A stretch of 64,000 bases of DNA from Nitrosopumilus sp. (GTDB lineage Archaea > Thermoproteota > Nitrososphaeria > Nitrososphaerales > Nitrosopumilaceae), in NCBI GenBank assembly GCA_965207075.1, contig CBDBLO010000002.1:1728001-1792000 (forward strand). Direction: 5' to 3'. Below, one piece after another: positions 29,250-39,708 of the stretch. Both the position numbers and the translations under genes were made by a program. The number at the start of each line of letters is the position of its first letter. Within the stretch, counting starts at the first letter, position 1. The notes below the pieces were generated by a model that searched no databases, was not told where the DNA came from, and worked only from the letters and a program-made list of their open reading frames with translations.

Positions 29250-30772
29250 TGACAAAATCAGTCTTTTCAAAACGAACTCTCAAGGACGTACACGATGAGA
29301 TCCGTTCCGTATACTTGGGTGATAACCGCCCTTGGATACTAGGGTTCAGCGGGGGCAAGGACTCTACCTGTATGGTGCAGCTGATATGGGGCGCGTTGAC
29401 CGAGCTGCCGCCTGCCAAGCTCGCAAAGCGTATCTACATCATATCATCAGACACACTGGTGGAGTCACCCAAGATAGTAGAGCAGATTACTACCACGCTT
29501 GACATGATGGAAAAGGCGTCAAAAAAGACACACCTTCCAATATCGACCAATCTGGTCAGGCCCGTCATAGAGGACACGTTCTGGGTGTGCCTGCTTGGCA
29601 AGGGGTTTCCGGCCCCAAGCAACCTGTTTCGATGGTGCACGGAGCGCCTAAAGATACGAAACGCCGACAGGTTCATTCAGGAAAAGGTGTCCGAATACGG
29701 CGAGGCGGTAGTAGTCCTCGGAACCAGAAAGGACGAGAGCGGCTCGAGACAGCAGCTGATGAACCTGTACGAGATAGAAGGCAGCCTCTTGTCGCGTCAC
29801 TCCAAGTTTGCGCAGACGTACGTATACACGCCGCTCCGCGACTTTACCGCAAAAGACGTGTGGAATTATCTGCTACAAAAGGAGAACCCGTGGGGTGCAA
29901 ACAACCGCGACCTCTTGGCCGTGTACCAGAACGCAAACGCATCCGAGTGCCCCTTGGTGGTTGACTCCACCACGCCCTCCTGTGGCAACAGCAGGTTCGG
30001 ATGCTGGACGTGCACTGTGGTAGAGGATGACATCTCGCTCCGCAATACGATTGAGAGCGGCGAGGACTGGATGGAGCCACTGCTTGAGCTAAGGGACGAA
30101 CTAAAGGCGACTCAGGATCCCACAGTCAGGAAAAAGGTGAGGTCCCTCAAGCGGCGCACAGGGCAGATGAAGCTGATAGACGACTCGCGCAAAAAAGCCT
30201 TTGATGAGAAGATACAAGAGTCAAAGATGGAATTGAAAGTGGCTGGCAGTGACGGCAAGATCACGGATCCGTACGCAAAGCTGGTTCCCGGACCCTACAC
30301 GCTAGAGTTCTGCCAGGAGTTCTTGGAAAAGATACTGGTGGCTCAAAAAAAGGTTAGGCAGACCGGCCCCGACCCGCATATATGCCTCATACAGGACGAG
30401 GAGATACACGAGATCCAGCGTATATGGCGCATGGAGCGCGGCGACTGGAAGAACACAGCATATCAGATATACGAAAGGGTGCTGGACGAAAAACTGATCC
30501 CGCCCCAGGAGGATCTGGGCGGGTTCGGGGTGATAGAACAGGACCTGCTGGAGGAGATTTGCAACAAACGCGGCGTGCCTGCGCTGCTCGTATCAAAGCT
30601 GCTAAACACGGAGCACGAGTCGCAGGGAATGGCCCAGCATTCCAGGATATACCCCAAGATTACCAAGGTGCTCTCGGAGGAATGGCGAGACGATCTGGGC
30701 GCCATAGTCCACGAGCTGGAGCAGCAGAAAAGCGAGATGAAGAAGTTCACCGGGGGTGGCAACGGGGCGTGA
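29249..30772 (+). CDS. dndC: DNA phosphorothioation sulfurtransferase DndC
   Basis: PWILGFSGGKDS, DTLVESP, RWCTERLKI, CPLVVD..TPSCGNSRFGCWTCT. Confidence 0.95.
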   Translation: MTKSVFSKRTLKDVHDEIRSVYLGDNRPWILGFSGGKDSTCMVQLIWGALTELPPAKLAKRIYIISSDTLVESPKIVEQITTTLDMMEKASKKTHLPISTNLVRPVIEDTFWVCLLGKGFPAPSNLFRWCTERLKIRNADRFIQEKVSEYGEAVVVLGTRKDESGSRQQLMNLYEIEGSLLSRHSKFAQTYVYTPLRDFTAKDVWNYLLQKENPWGANNRDLLAVYQNANASECPLVVDSTTPSCGNSRFGCWTCTVVEDDISLRNTIESGEDWMEPLLELRDELKATQDPTVRKKVRSLKRRTGQMKLIDDSRKKAFDEKIQESKMELKVAGSDGKITDPYAKLVPGPYTLEFCQEFLEKILVAQKKVRQTGPDPHICLIQDEEIHEIQRIWRMERGDWKNTAYQIYERVLDEKLIPPQEDLGGFGVIEQDLLEEICNKRGVPALLVSKLLNTEHESQGMAQHSRIYPKITKVLSEEWRDDLGAIVHELEQQKSEMKKFTGGGNGA

Positions 30773-32814
30773 TAATCACAAAGATCGTACTGACAGACTA
30801 TGGGGTGTACGGCGGGAAAAACGTGTTTGATCTTGCACCTGCATCGGACAGGCCCATCATACTTGTCGGCGGCACCAACGGCGCGGGCAAGACCACGCTC
30901 TTTGAGGCCGTCCCGCTCTGCCTGTACGGGATATCGGCGGCCGACAGGCGCATCACAAGAAAGGCGTATGAGGCGTTTCTGGCAAAAAAGATCCACAGGT
31001 ACCAGAAGAGCTCCGTCACGGCCGACCGTGCCTCGGTGGCAGTCCAGTTCAAGTTCTACCACAACTCAAAAGAGATCGAATACAGGGTGGAACGCTCATG
31101 GCAGAAGTCGGCATACGGCCGCACGGAGGAGTGTCTGGACGTCAAAAAACGCACGGATTCGCACACCCGCTTTGAGCGCCTCGACACCATAGAGGCATCC
31201 CACTGGCAGTCGTTCGTGTCGGATTTGATCCCAAAGGGCATACTCAGACTGTTCTTCTTTGATGGCGAGAAAGTAGTGACGATGGCAAAAGAAGGGTCGG
31301 AGGACGCAGTCATACGAGACTCCTTCAAGTCGCTCCTAGGAATCGAGGTCGTGGAGCAGCTGCGTGCGGACCTGCAGGTGAACCTGACAAGAAACCTGAC
31401 GGGTGACGACAAGCGACTGCAAAAAGAGATCACAGAATGCGAGACGGAGCGTGACGGGACTGTCCGGACCGTGGAACGCCTACGCGAGCGGCTTGCGCAA
31501 AAACAGACCGAGATGGACGCGCTGTCAAACGAGATCGAGAGCGCCGAGTCGGACATATCAAAGATAGGCGGAACCTTCGCAAGCGGAAGGGACGACGCAA
31601 AGACGCGGCTCGGCGATGCAAGGTCAGGATATGAGGTTGCGCGCAGACGGATATCCGACATGTGTGCCGACGCGCTGCCGCTTGTACTGATACCTAGGCA
31701 GCTTGACGAACTGTTGAAGCATGTGGATTCGGACTCTTCAATATTTCGGGACAGGGCAGGCGCCAAGATGTTCGATGAAAAGATCAGGGCGATGTCGGGG
31801 ATGCTAAGGGACGCGTACAAAGACGCCGCACTGAACGCCAGCCAAAAACGCATCATAACATCCTCCATAACGAGGTTCACCAAAAAGGAGAAAATCCCGA
31901 TTACAGAAGGGACGTTGGTATTTGGGTTCTCCGAGTCCCAAGCCGCGTCCATCAAAGGTGTCGTCAGCAAGGCCAACAATACACTGCTTCCCGCGCTCAG
32001 AAAGGAGACGGCCTCGCTTGTCAAGTATGACAAGGAGATCACCACGTTGGAATCGGCCATCGCAAGCGCGCCAGCAGACGACGAGATCGGGCCGCTCGTT
32101 TCAAGGGTGGCAGAACTGAACTCGCAGCGGGGAGCGTTGCAGGAGGAGATGAACCACATGGAAGAGAAGATATCCAGCAACAGGGCCCTGCTGCAACATA
32201 TCGACACGAAGATGCGCGACCTAGTATCAAGGGCGTACAAGGGCAAGAAGACAAAGGAGCAGATACGCCTCACGCACGAGGTGCAAGAGGTGTTGGAGGA
32301 GTTCACAGACAGGCTGAGAGTCAAAAAGATACGACTCCTTGAGCAATATCTGCTTGACGCGACCGGAATCCTGCTGCACAAGAAGAACCTGATTCACCGG
32401 ATAGGCATAGACTCAAAGTCGTTTGAGATTACCATATACGACCGGGACGGCAAGATCAAGCCAAAGGACATGCTCTCCGAGGGTGAAAAGCAGATGTTTG
32501 CGACGTCCGTTTTGTGGGCTCTTGCAAAGACGTCCGGCAGGCCGCTGCCGTTTATGATCGACACGCCGCTTGCGAGGCTGGATGCCGAACACAGGGCAAG
32601 TATTGTCGGGAGGTTCCTGCCTGCGGCATCACACCAGACCCTAGTGTTCTCCACAGACACAGAGATCGAGAAACCAGAGTACGATGCGATGTCTGCCCAC
32701 ATGACAAAGTCATACCTGCTTGCGTTTGACGAGGATGCCGGCTCCACGTCGCCGCGCAACGGATACTTTTGGGACCTGAATACGAAGGAGGATGACAAAA
32801 TTGCCGCGGTTTAG
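30769..32814 (+). CDS. dndD: DNA sulfur modification ATPase DndD (SMC-like)
   Basis: GTG start overlapping dndC; GTNGAGKTT, LFFFDGEK, coiled coil, LSEGEKQ, IDTPLARLD..HR. Confidence 0.95.
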   Translation: MIITKIVLTDYGVYGGKNVFDLAPASDRPIILVGGTNGAGKTTLFEAVPLCLYGISAADRRITRKAYEAFLAKKIHRYQKSSVTADRASVAVQFKFYHNSKEIEYRVERSWQKSAYGRTEECLDVKKRTDSHTRFERLDTIEASHWQSFVSDLIPKGILRLFFFDGEKVVTMAKEGSEDAVIRDSFKSLLGIEVVEQLRADLQVNLTRNLTGDDKRLQKEITECETERDGTVRTVERLRERLAQKQTEMDALSNEIESAESDISKIGGTFASGRDDAKTRLGDARSGYEVARRRISDMCADALPLVLIPRQLDELLKHVDSDSSIFRDRAGAKMFDEKIRAMSGMLRDAYKDAALNASQKRIITSSITRFTKKEKIPITEGTLVFGFSESQAASIKGVVSKANNTLLPALRKETASLVKYDKEITTLESAIASAPADDEIGPLVSRVAELNSQRGALQEEMNHMEEKISSNRALLQHIDTKMRDLVSRAYKGKKTKEQIRLTHEVQEVLEEFTDRLRVKKIRLLEQYLLDATGILLHKKNLIHRIGIDSKSFEITIYDRDGKIKPKDMLSEGEKQMFATSVLWALAKTSGRPLPFMIDTPLARLDAEHRASIVGRFLPAASHQTLVFSTDTEIEKPEYDAMSAHMTKSYLLAFDEDAGSTSPRNGYFWDLNTKEDDKIAAV

Positions 32815-33184
32815 CAGACTGCGCATGAGCTACCGCTCGCAGAACCTGCTTGCGCAGCTAAAGTCTAGAACGGGCCTGACTCCAAACATTACCGGCAGGT
32901 TTGCTATATGCATGTCCTTGAACAACCCGTCCGTGCCAAACCCCGACGAGTTTGACGAAAAGGGATCGGAGATACACCCCTCCGTGTTGTTTGGCGAGTA
33001 CGAGGACGTGTTCATGGCCCTGATGATACAGAGGCTCAACCGCGACAGACTGGACCACAAGACATACCTGAACCGCATGACGCGCGCCCACTTTAACAGG
33101 GGTGCGATAGCGCTGTTTGCCCGCATACACGACCTGGCAGATATTGAGAGGATCATAGACGAGGAGCGAAATGCCGCTGACTGA
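32792..33184 (+). CDS. dndE: DNA sulfur modification protein DndE
   Basis: LK.RTGLTPNI..RFAIC.SL; H.NRG motif. Confidence 0.93.
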   Translation: MTKLPRFSRLRMSYRSQNLLAQLKSRTGLTPNITGRFAICMSLNNPSVPNPDEFDEKGSEIHPSVLFGEYEDVFMALMIQRLNRDRLDHKTYLNRMTRAHFNRGAIALFARIHDLADIERIIDEERNAAD

Positions 33185-34352
33185 TGTCGCCCACCCGATA
33201 TACATGGATTACCACGCTACGACGCCGCTTGACCGACGCGTACTAGACGAGATGATGCCGTACTTTGCAGAAAAGTTTGGCAACGCGTCGAGCCTGGACC
33301 ATCCGTACGGACACGATGCATCTGTGGTGGTGGAGACTGCAAGGGAGCGGCTTGCCAGCCTGATAGGCGCTAGGCAGGGCCACGAGATCGTGTTTACGAG
33401 CGGCGCCACGGAATCTGACAATCTGGCATTAACAGGTGTTATGGAGGCGTATGCGGACAGGGGGAACCACATGATTACGTGCGTGACGGAGCACAAGGCG
33501 GTCCTTGACACCGCCAAGCATCTCGAATCTAGGGGGAAGAAGGTTACGTATCTGCCGGTCGACCGACACGGGCATGTCTCCACATCGGACATCAGGGACG
33601 CCATTACCGACAAGACCGTGCTGATATCCATAATGACGGCAAACAACGAGATCGGAACCATAGCAGACATCAAGACGATTGGAGATGTGGCGCATGATCA
33701 CAACGTGCTGTTCCATACGGACGCGGCCCAGGCAGTGGGGCACATTCCAGTCAACGTCCAAGACATGAACATCGACCTGATGTCGTTCTCATCGCACAAG
33801 ATGTGCGGACCAAAGGGGATAGGGGCCCTCTATATCAGGGCCATAAAGCCGAGGGTGCGGATCCTGCCGTCAATGTATGGAGGAGGCCAGGAACGTAGCA
33901 TGCGCCCCGGAACCCTAAACGTGCCAGGCATAGTCGGGTTTGGAAAGGCGGCCGAGATAGCGCAAAAAGAGATGCCAGATGAAAACAAGCGATTCCAGAA
34001 GTGGTCGGCCAAGATTATCGACGCCCTCTCAAAGACGGCCGGGGCGGTGCACAACGGCGACCCGGACAAAAGACTTCCTCACAACATCAGCCTCACGTTT
34101 CCGGGAATAGACGGCAAGGCCATCATCAATTCCATATCAGAACGTATCGCAATATCCGCAGGATCCGCATGCACCACCCAGACAGTCAAACCATCACACG
34201 TGCTGCTGGCGTTGGGCATGGGCACAGAAGACGCGCATTCGTCCATACGGATCGGACTTGGAAGATTCAACACCGAAGCAGAGGTGGGACATGTCATAGA
34301 CGCAATCTCGGGAGCGGTAAAGGATCTGAGGAGAATAAGCACACCTACATGA
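33171..34352 (+). CDS. dndA: Cysteine desulfurase DndA/IscS family
   Basis: YMDYHATTP, FTSGATES, SSHKMCGPKG (PLP Lys), SAGSAC (catalytic Cys); last gene of the dnd operon. Confidence 0.9.
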   Translation: MPLTDVAHPIYMDYHATTPLDRRVLDEMMPYFAEKFGNASSLDHPYGHDASVVVETARERLASLIGARQGHEIVFTSGATESDNLALTGVMEAYADRGNHMITCVTEHKAVLDTAKHLESRGKKVTYLPVDRHGHVSTSDIRDAITDKTVLISIMTANNEIGTIADIKTIGDVAHDHNVLFHTDAAQAVGHIPVNVQDMNIDLMSFSSHKMCGPKGIGALYIRAIKPRVRILPSMYGGGQERSMRPGTLNVPGIVGFGKAAEIAQKEMPDENKRFQKWSAKIIDALSKTAGAVHNGDPDKRLPHNISLTFPGIDGKAIINSISERIAISAGSACTTQTVKPSHVLLALGMGTEDAHSSIRIGLGRFNTEAEVGHVIDAISGAVKDLRRISTPT

Positions 34353-34562
34353 CGCGATCCAAGGATGTAAGGATGTCTTGAAATACGAATAGGCTGTTAC
34401 GTAAGTCACGTCACAATCCGGTCGTGTGTTTGGTCACAAGAGGCTCGCACGATACCGCTGTGATCCTTCACTGTATGATCTTGTTATTGCTGTGCCTTTG
34501 GGAGACTGAAATGAGAGAAAAATAGTAAAAAACAACGACCCATAGAACAAATTGATCGACAT

Positions 34563-35945
34563 ATGTCGCACACAAATGACCCCGCAAGCAGGTTCAACCA
34601 GCTTGTTGAAGAGGCGCTTGACCTGGTAAAGTCCCACCCAGACGGCATCTACATGAAGGATCTGAAGTCCCTGCTGAACGCCTCTGCTGTGAAGATGGAC
34701 GGCATTGCCACAAGATTCAGAAGAATGACCAACATGACCGTAACAGAGGTTCGGCGTGACGGACAGCGACCTGATCTTTTGTTCAAATACGCGAGGCTTC
34801 CAACTGAGGACACTTTCAAACCCTCTCCACATACAGACACCACTTCAGCGAGCAGGTTCAACCAGCTTGTTGAAGAGGCGCTTGACCTGGTAAAGTCCCA
34901 CCCAGACGGCATCTACATGAAGGATCTGAAGTCCCTGCTGAACGCCTCTGCTGTGAAGATGGACGGCATTGCCACAAGATTCAGAAGAATGACCAACATG
35001 ACCGTAACAGAGGTTCGGCGTGACGGACAGCGACCTGATCTTTTGTTCAAGTACGCGAAGCATCAAGCTGAGTGCATACCCGAAAGCCGTCCTGAGGTTG
35101 AACTTGCTGAAAACGCCATAGGCAAAGACATTCCGAGCACGCAAGTCAAAAATTCCTTAGAAGAGTTGGCACAACAGATGTTAGACGAGTATTATGCAAG
35201 TCAAAAAACCATAGACAAAGATCTGCAAAAGAAGCTTACTGTGGAATTTCTTCGCGTTGGCTCGGTTAATGCTATGGTAAAGAAATATCCAAACATACCA
35301 AAAGAGACGATCAAGATCCACATACGAACCCCCCTCCGTCTGCCAAAGAAACTGCGAGCGCTCAACGAAGACGGACTTCACACAGACCCGCAGATCTCAC
35401 TTCAGATTGCGCTTTTTGCTGTGAATCGGCATGACTGGGACAGCGATGATGGGGACACAGAAGATGTATTGCAAACCGCCGAAGGGATTTCAAGACATCT
35501 GAGTGTTGCCTCCCGTGACGGTGGAGATACACTACGAAGCCATACGCATCAAAAAGACATTGCGCCGCCAACAGCACCCATATCTACGCCCAAGGCGGTA
35601 TGGATTGCGGTTGCAACTCTGCATAAGGAACGTGGACTGAAGATGACGTTTTCAACCAACCAGATAATAGAAAGGATCAGGGAACAAAATCTGTGCAATG
35701 TATCTGATTCTACTATTGTGACACATGTTTCGTCTCACTGTGTTGCAAACAGTCCTGCCGCAATCGAATACCCACATCGAAAGACATACCGCGTTGGGCA
35801 CGGCATGTACAGACTCTACAAGAAAGGAGATCCTTGTCACCCTACAAGGGAATCAGGTTCAATCGCTCCTCTTCCGTTTCAGCTCCCACGCAAGTACAAG
35901 GATCTCAGGCGGTGGTACGACGAGGAATACTGTGCTCAAGCGTGA
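34563..35945 (+). CDS. Hypothetical protein with two identical N-terminal HTH-like domains and a C-terminal wHTH-like domain
   Basis: Near-exact ~208-bp duplication (34587 and 34851); C-terminal HVSSHCVAN...YRLY...HP.R. Confidence 0.75.
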   Translation: MSHTNDPASRFNQLVEEALDLVKSHPDGIYMKDLKSLLNASAVKMDGIATRFRRMTNMTVTEVRRDGQRPDLLFKYARLPTEDTFKPSPHTDTTSASRFNQLVEEALDLVKSHPDGIYMKDLKSLLNASAVKMDGIATRFRRMTNMTVTEVRRDGQRPDLLFKYAKHQAECIPESRPEVELAENAIGKDIPSTQVKNSLEELAQQMLDEYYASQKTIDKDLQKKLTVEFLRVGSVNAMVKKYPNIPKETIKIHIRTPLRLPKKLRALNEDGLHTDPQISLQIALFAVNRHDWDSDDGDTEDVLQTAEGISRHLSVASRDGGDTLRSHTHQKDIAPPTAPISTPKAVWIAVATLHKERGLKMTFSTNQIIERIREQNLCNVSDSTIVTHVSSHCVANSPAAIEYPHRKTYRVGHGMYRLYKKGDPCHPTRESGSIAPLPFQLPRKYKDLRRWYDEEYCAQA

Positions 35946-36994
35946 ACATTGTAAGGAGGCCTGTACTCGGTTTTGATGTTTGGAAACTTCTGTTCAATCA
36001 GCTTGGCAAGCTGCTTGGCATACGAGCTCCTGGAATAATCGGTGACTACGCATTTCGGGTTTACCGACTCAATGTACTGGTATATTTTGTTTATTGATGC
36101 GTGAGCCGCCAAGTTGAACCTGCACCCGCCTTCAAACGGGATTATCGGCGCATCGGACTTTGTAAATCTGTACTGGTCGACAATTATTTTGTGCAACGAA
36201 CGTAACTGTTCGTCAAGTATGCTGGAGGTGGAAAATATTACGCATTTTTTGCTGTTGTTTATCAGAGCCCAATAGTCGTGTGATCCGTATTCCACGATGT
36301 CACGGAACCTGTCCTTCTCGGCACGGTAGATACTAAGCAGTACTTTTTTTTGTCGCTCTTCCATGACAAATGCGATGTTACTGTCCATCTTCTTGCCGTA
36401 GCCAACCTCAAAGTGACGCACGATCTCTTGGAGTGTCCCAGAGTGCCCCTGGACGACTATCTGCGGGCGCGACTCCAAGTACTCCTCGACATACTCGAAC
36501 ATGCGATTCTTGACAGAATGCCTGTCTGTCTTTCCGTCATACCACGGATCCCCGTGGCTTGAGTCGATTACCAAGTGATCCGCCTGCCTGATCTGCACGT
36601 CCGGGTACCCGAAGTCTCCAGAGTACAGCATGGTTTTCCCGTCCGACTCGACGTATATCTGAGAAGAACCGGGTATGTGGTTTGCTTTTAGCAGCCTCAG
36701 AGTTCCGGCATCAAACTTGTACTCCGTGTCATAGTCCTGTGGAACCCACTGCTCCCTGTACCTCATCCCGGGATGTAGCGCGTTTATGCCTTCGAAGGTT
36801 ATTGGGTGTATTATGAGCACGTTGTATGATGCTATGCATGACGGGATACTTCTTATGTGATCGTCGTGAAAGTGAGAAAACGCGCCAATCAGCATTCCCT
36901 CCATGTATCCGTCGCACGATACTCCGTCAAGCCGGATGGTACAGTTTCTTGCAGAGTTGTCGTTGCAGACAACATCTATGACCCGCTCATTCAA
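35936..36994 (-). CDS. Metallo-beta-lactamase-fold nuclease (beta-CASP/SNM1-like)
   Basis: SHFHDDH, ANHIPGS, YSGDF, AAHAS; TTG start overlapping the upstream gene. Confidence 0.85.
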   Translation of the reverse strand: MNERVIDVVCNDNSARNCTIRLDGVSCDGYMEGMLIGAFSHFHDDHIRSIPSCIASYNVLIIHPITFEGINALHPGMRYREQWVPQDYDTEYKFDAGTLRLLKANHIPGSSQIYVESDGKTMLYSGDFGYPDVQIRQADHLVIDSSHGDPWYDGKTDRHSVKNRMFEYVEEYLESRPQIVVQGHSGTLQEIVRHFEVGYGKKMDSNIAFVMEERQKKVLLSIYRAEKDRFRDIVEYGSHDYWALINNSKKCVIFSTSSILDEQLRSLHKIIVDQYRFTKSDAPIIPFEGGCRFNLAAHASINKIYQYIESVNPKCVVTDYSRSSYAKQLAKLIEQKFPNIKTEYRPPYNVHA

Positions 36995-37772
36995 TCCTGC
37001 TCTCCAAAAACCCATCCAGAAACTTTGTGTATGACGAACCCTTTTTGTATTGGTGCTCGTAGAACGGTCCATATGCATCCTCGTCCATGGATATTGCCAT
37101 GACGGACTTGCCAACGTTGATGTCGTAGAATTCACCTCCCAAACCGCTCCGCAGCATGGCAAGTAGCTTTTCCCCATAGTCTGGGTTTGACTCTATGAAT
37201 CGGCGCAGTCTGTCATGGACCTCGACTACAATCATGTGGGTCACTACGGTCACCGGTTTTAGCTGGAGAACCTTCTCTATACACTCCCTTATGGATAGAT
37301 CCGGATTTTCCTTGCGCCATTTCTTTATTCGTTTAATGTCCTCCTTGCCGAGGATCCGTCTTTTGTTCTTGGAACTCAGTATGGACTGTATGATTAAGTC
37401 TTGATCCTCCGGAGTCATGGTTGAGAGCTGTGATATTGTCGAGAAGGGAATGAGCGGATACTCGTCAGTTGACCACCCCGCCATCTCTCTGCTTTTTGGT
37501 GACACCTTGAGCAGGTTTAGAAACGAGGTTATCTGAGACGTGTCACGTGGCTTGTACATATTTGACATGTCCTTCTGCTTGCCTAGGTTCAACCTCTCGG
37601 CAACCTTGTCTAGACTCTCGCCTTCCTCATCTATGAGGCGCTGGATGTACTCTGCACATTGAACTGGTGACAGTGGGCGCGTTCTGCCAGAACCCAACCC
37701 CTGCTGCCCCACACTGTTTAAGAGCTTGGAGTATGTTTGTACATCCATCACAAGCTTGCTTAATTCAATCAC
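36987..37772 (-). CDS. Hypothetical protein (ParB C-terminal/HTH-like)
   Basis: LSPVQCAEYIQRL......VAERL resembles the ParB HTH; overlaps both neighbours. Confidence 0.7.
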   Translation of the reverse strand: MIELSKLVMDVQTYSKLLNSVGQQGLGSGRTRPLSPVQCAEYIQRLIDEEGESLDKVAERLNLGKQKDMSNMYKPRDTSQITSFLNLLKVSPKSREMAGWSTDEYPLIPFSTISQLSTMTPEDQDLIIQSILSSKNKRRILGKEDIKRIKKWRKENPDLSIRECIEKVLQLKPVTVVTHMIVVEVHDRLRRFIESNPDYGEKLLAMLRSGLGGEFYDINVGKSVMAISMDEDAYGPFYEHQYKKGSSYTKFLDGFLESRIE

Positions 37773-38619
37773 CTATCTGGGTATAATCCCTTTCCACGCC
37801 TTCTACAACGTACTGGGTCGCGCGCGCCTTTTCGGTGTCGCCGCTGGACTCTGAGACCTTTTGGAGCTTTTCGGCAGTCTCTGTGGACAGATCAATATTC
37901 ATCTTTGTCTTGAGTTTCTGTCTCTTTGCTGCGCGCGCCTCCATGTCGCCTATGCTGCCTCCGCGCGCGGCTTCTGCGGCAAGGTCTGCAGGTTCAATCT
38001 CAGGTCTTGCCATCGCCTTTGCCATCTCCAACACGCGGTCTTCAGGGACCGAACCGTTTTTTGTATACTGTAGCGCGTCAACTGCACGAAGGGCGGCATT
38101 CTCTGCTTTCTTTGGGTTGTGGTGAATCTCGCCCTCCTGGATTGCCGTCTTTAGTGTTTCGGGAAGTCTTGCGAGCCGGACGTACTTGTCTACCATCCGC
38201 TTGCTGATGCCAAACTCCTGCCGCACCATCTCATAGTCGCCGTATACGTTGTAAAGATCCGTTACCGCCTTTATCAGATCCGGGTTGGTCATGGGAAGCT
38301 GCGTGATGTTCTCTGCGAGGGAGAGCGCCTTCTTTTTCTCATCGGTCTCTGGTTCTGGTATTACCTTGCACTGGATCTTGTCAAATCCTTCCTCGGGATA
38401 CTTGTCGTTGAGGTAGTGGTGCGCGTTCAGTCTTCTCTGTCCAGTAAGGATCACATAGCAGGATTGTCCCGAATCATAATACGCGGCAATTGGCTGCAAC
38501 AATCCGTTTGCCCTGATGTTTTCTGCCAAGTCTTCTATTCCCTGATCGATGTCGTGAATGCGCACGTTGTGCTTTTGAACCTTGATGTTATCTAACGAGA
38601 TATCCTTGAATTCGGCCAT
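37765..38619 (-). CDS. ParB/RepB/Spo0J family protein
   Basis: NVR...IEDLAENIRANGLLQPI, ILTGQRRL, SLAENI. Confidence 0.88.
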   Translation of the reverse strand: MAEFKDISLDNIKVQKHNVRIHDIDQGIEDLAENIRANGLLQPIAAYYDSGQSCYVILTGQRRLNAHHYLNDKYPEEGFDKIQCKVIPEPETDEKKKALSLAENITQLPMTNPDLIKAVTDLYNVYGDYEMVRQEFGISKRMVDKYVRLARLPETLKTAIQEGEIHHNPKKAENAALRAVDALQYTKNGSVPEDRVLEMAKAMARPEIEPADLAAEAARGGSIGDMEARAAKRQKLKTKMNIDLSTETAEKLQKVSESSGDTEKARATQYVVEGVERDYTQIGD

Positions 38620-38931
38620 TGTAAACGAACGGGGGTTTACAAATAAAAGCATTTTCTTGAAGATTGCGTAACCGTTCGATTCCTCCCAAAGTTTAGGCAC
38701 GAATTTCATAATCTGGCTTCTCTCAGGCATAAGGGTTGAGTGGTTACCAGATTGCCATGTCTGGATTGCAACAATTCCCCCTCCGCGCCTCACTCCCTTG
38801 TTGACACGTGGGCTCCTACTGTACCATTGTCCCCCTAGATGCAAATGGGGCAGAAAGGAAGTAGTTGCTCACGTACGTGAGTCTCCAGTCTGACTCCCGT
38901 ATGAACTACCGCGTTCACCATGGATTAAGGT

Positions 38932-39708
38932 TTAGCCCAAGATTATCTCGCATGCTACGAGTCCATACGATAGAACCACCTTGTGCTTTTTTTGTATGGT
39001 GCCGATCAGGCTCTTTTTTTCTTCTTCAAGGGCATCCATCTCGTCTGCCACTTGAAAGCGGAATTCGCGCGCCTTGTCAGAGTCGACGGATCCCCTGTCT
39101 TTGCGGTTTATGGATTCGTCGAGCTCACGTACGCGAAGATCATACTTTTCTGTAAACAATCGTACATCGTCGCCGAATCTCTGGTTTGCATCGCGTAGGA
39201 ATGCAAGGGACGCACCATCATGTCGTGTTTGCAATTCCTTTATGGCTGCACTATACGTTCTTGTGACTTCATCCGGACTCATCCAATCCAGCGAATGCGA
39301 GGCGCCATCATGATCTGAGATGCCTGCATCGGATCTTGTAGCCAACTCCACATCCACATGATCCAATGCGAGCATGTCTGACCGGCCCGAGAAGCGGATA
39401 AAGAAATGGTAGCGTATTGTGGCATTACTGTTACCGTTGGCCAAATTTCTTACTTTCACCGGGCCCTTGCCTGTGCAGATCTCGATAATCTGTGACAGAA
39501 TTCTGTTGCCCGGTGCCACTAACTCATAATCATGCCTTGATGCCGCATCACGATCGAACACGATACACAGCTCCCATGCTCTAAATGTGTGTCGATAGGA
39601 TTCTGGGACGCGTATCACGTAGGCCTCGTCGTCCGTGTTTACAATGTCCGCGTTGACTCCATTAAAGAACCCTAGGACAAGATCTCGTATGTCTTCTTGC
39701 ATGTTCAT
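38932..39708 (-). CDS. Hypothetical protein, YqhG-like partner of the SNF2 helicase
   Basis: Overlaps the helicase stop (ATGA); L.IVFD......ELV.PG.RIL.QI pattern; helical C-terminus. Confidence 0.6.
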   Translation of the reverse strand: MNMQEDIRDLVLGFFNGVNADIVNTDDEAYVIRVPESYRHTFRAWELCIVFDRDAASRHDYELVAPGNRILSQIIEICTGKGPVKVRNLANGNSNATIRYHFFIRFSGRSDMLALDHVDVELATRSDAGISDHDGASHSLDWMSPDEVTRTYSAAIKELQTRHDGASLAFLRDANQRFGDDVRLFTEKYDLRVRELDESINRKDRGSVDSDKAREFRFQVADEMDALEEEKKSLIGTIQKKHKVVLSYGLVACEIILG

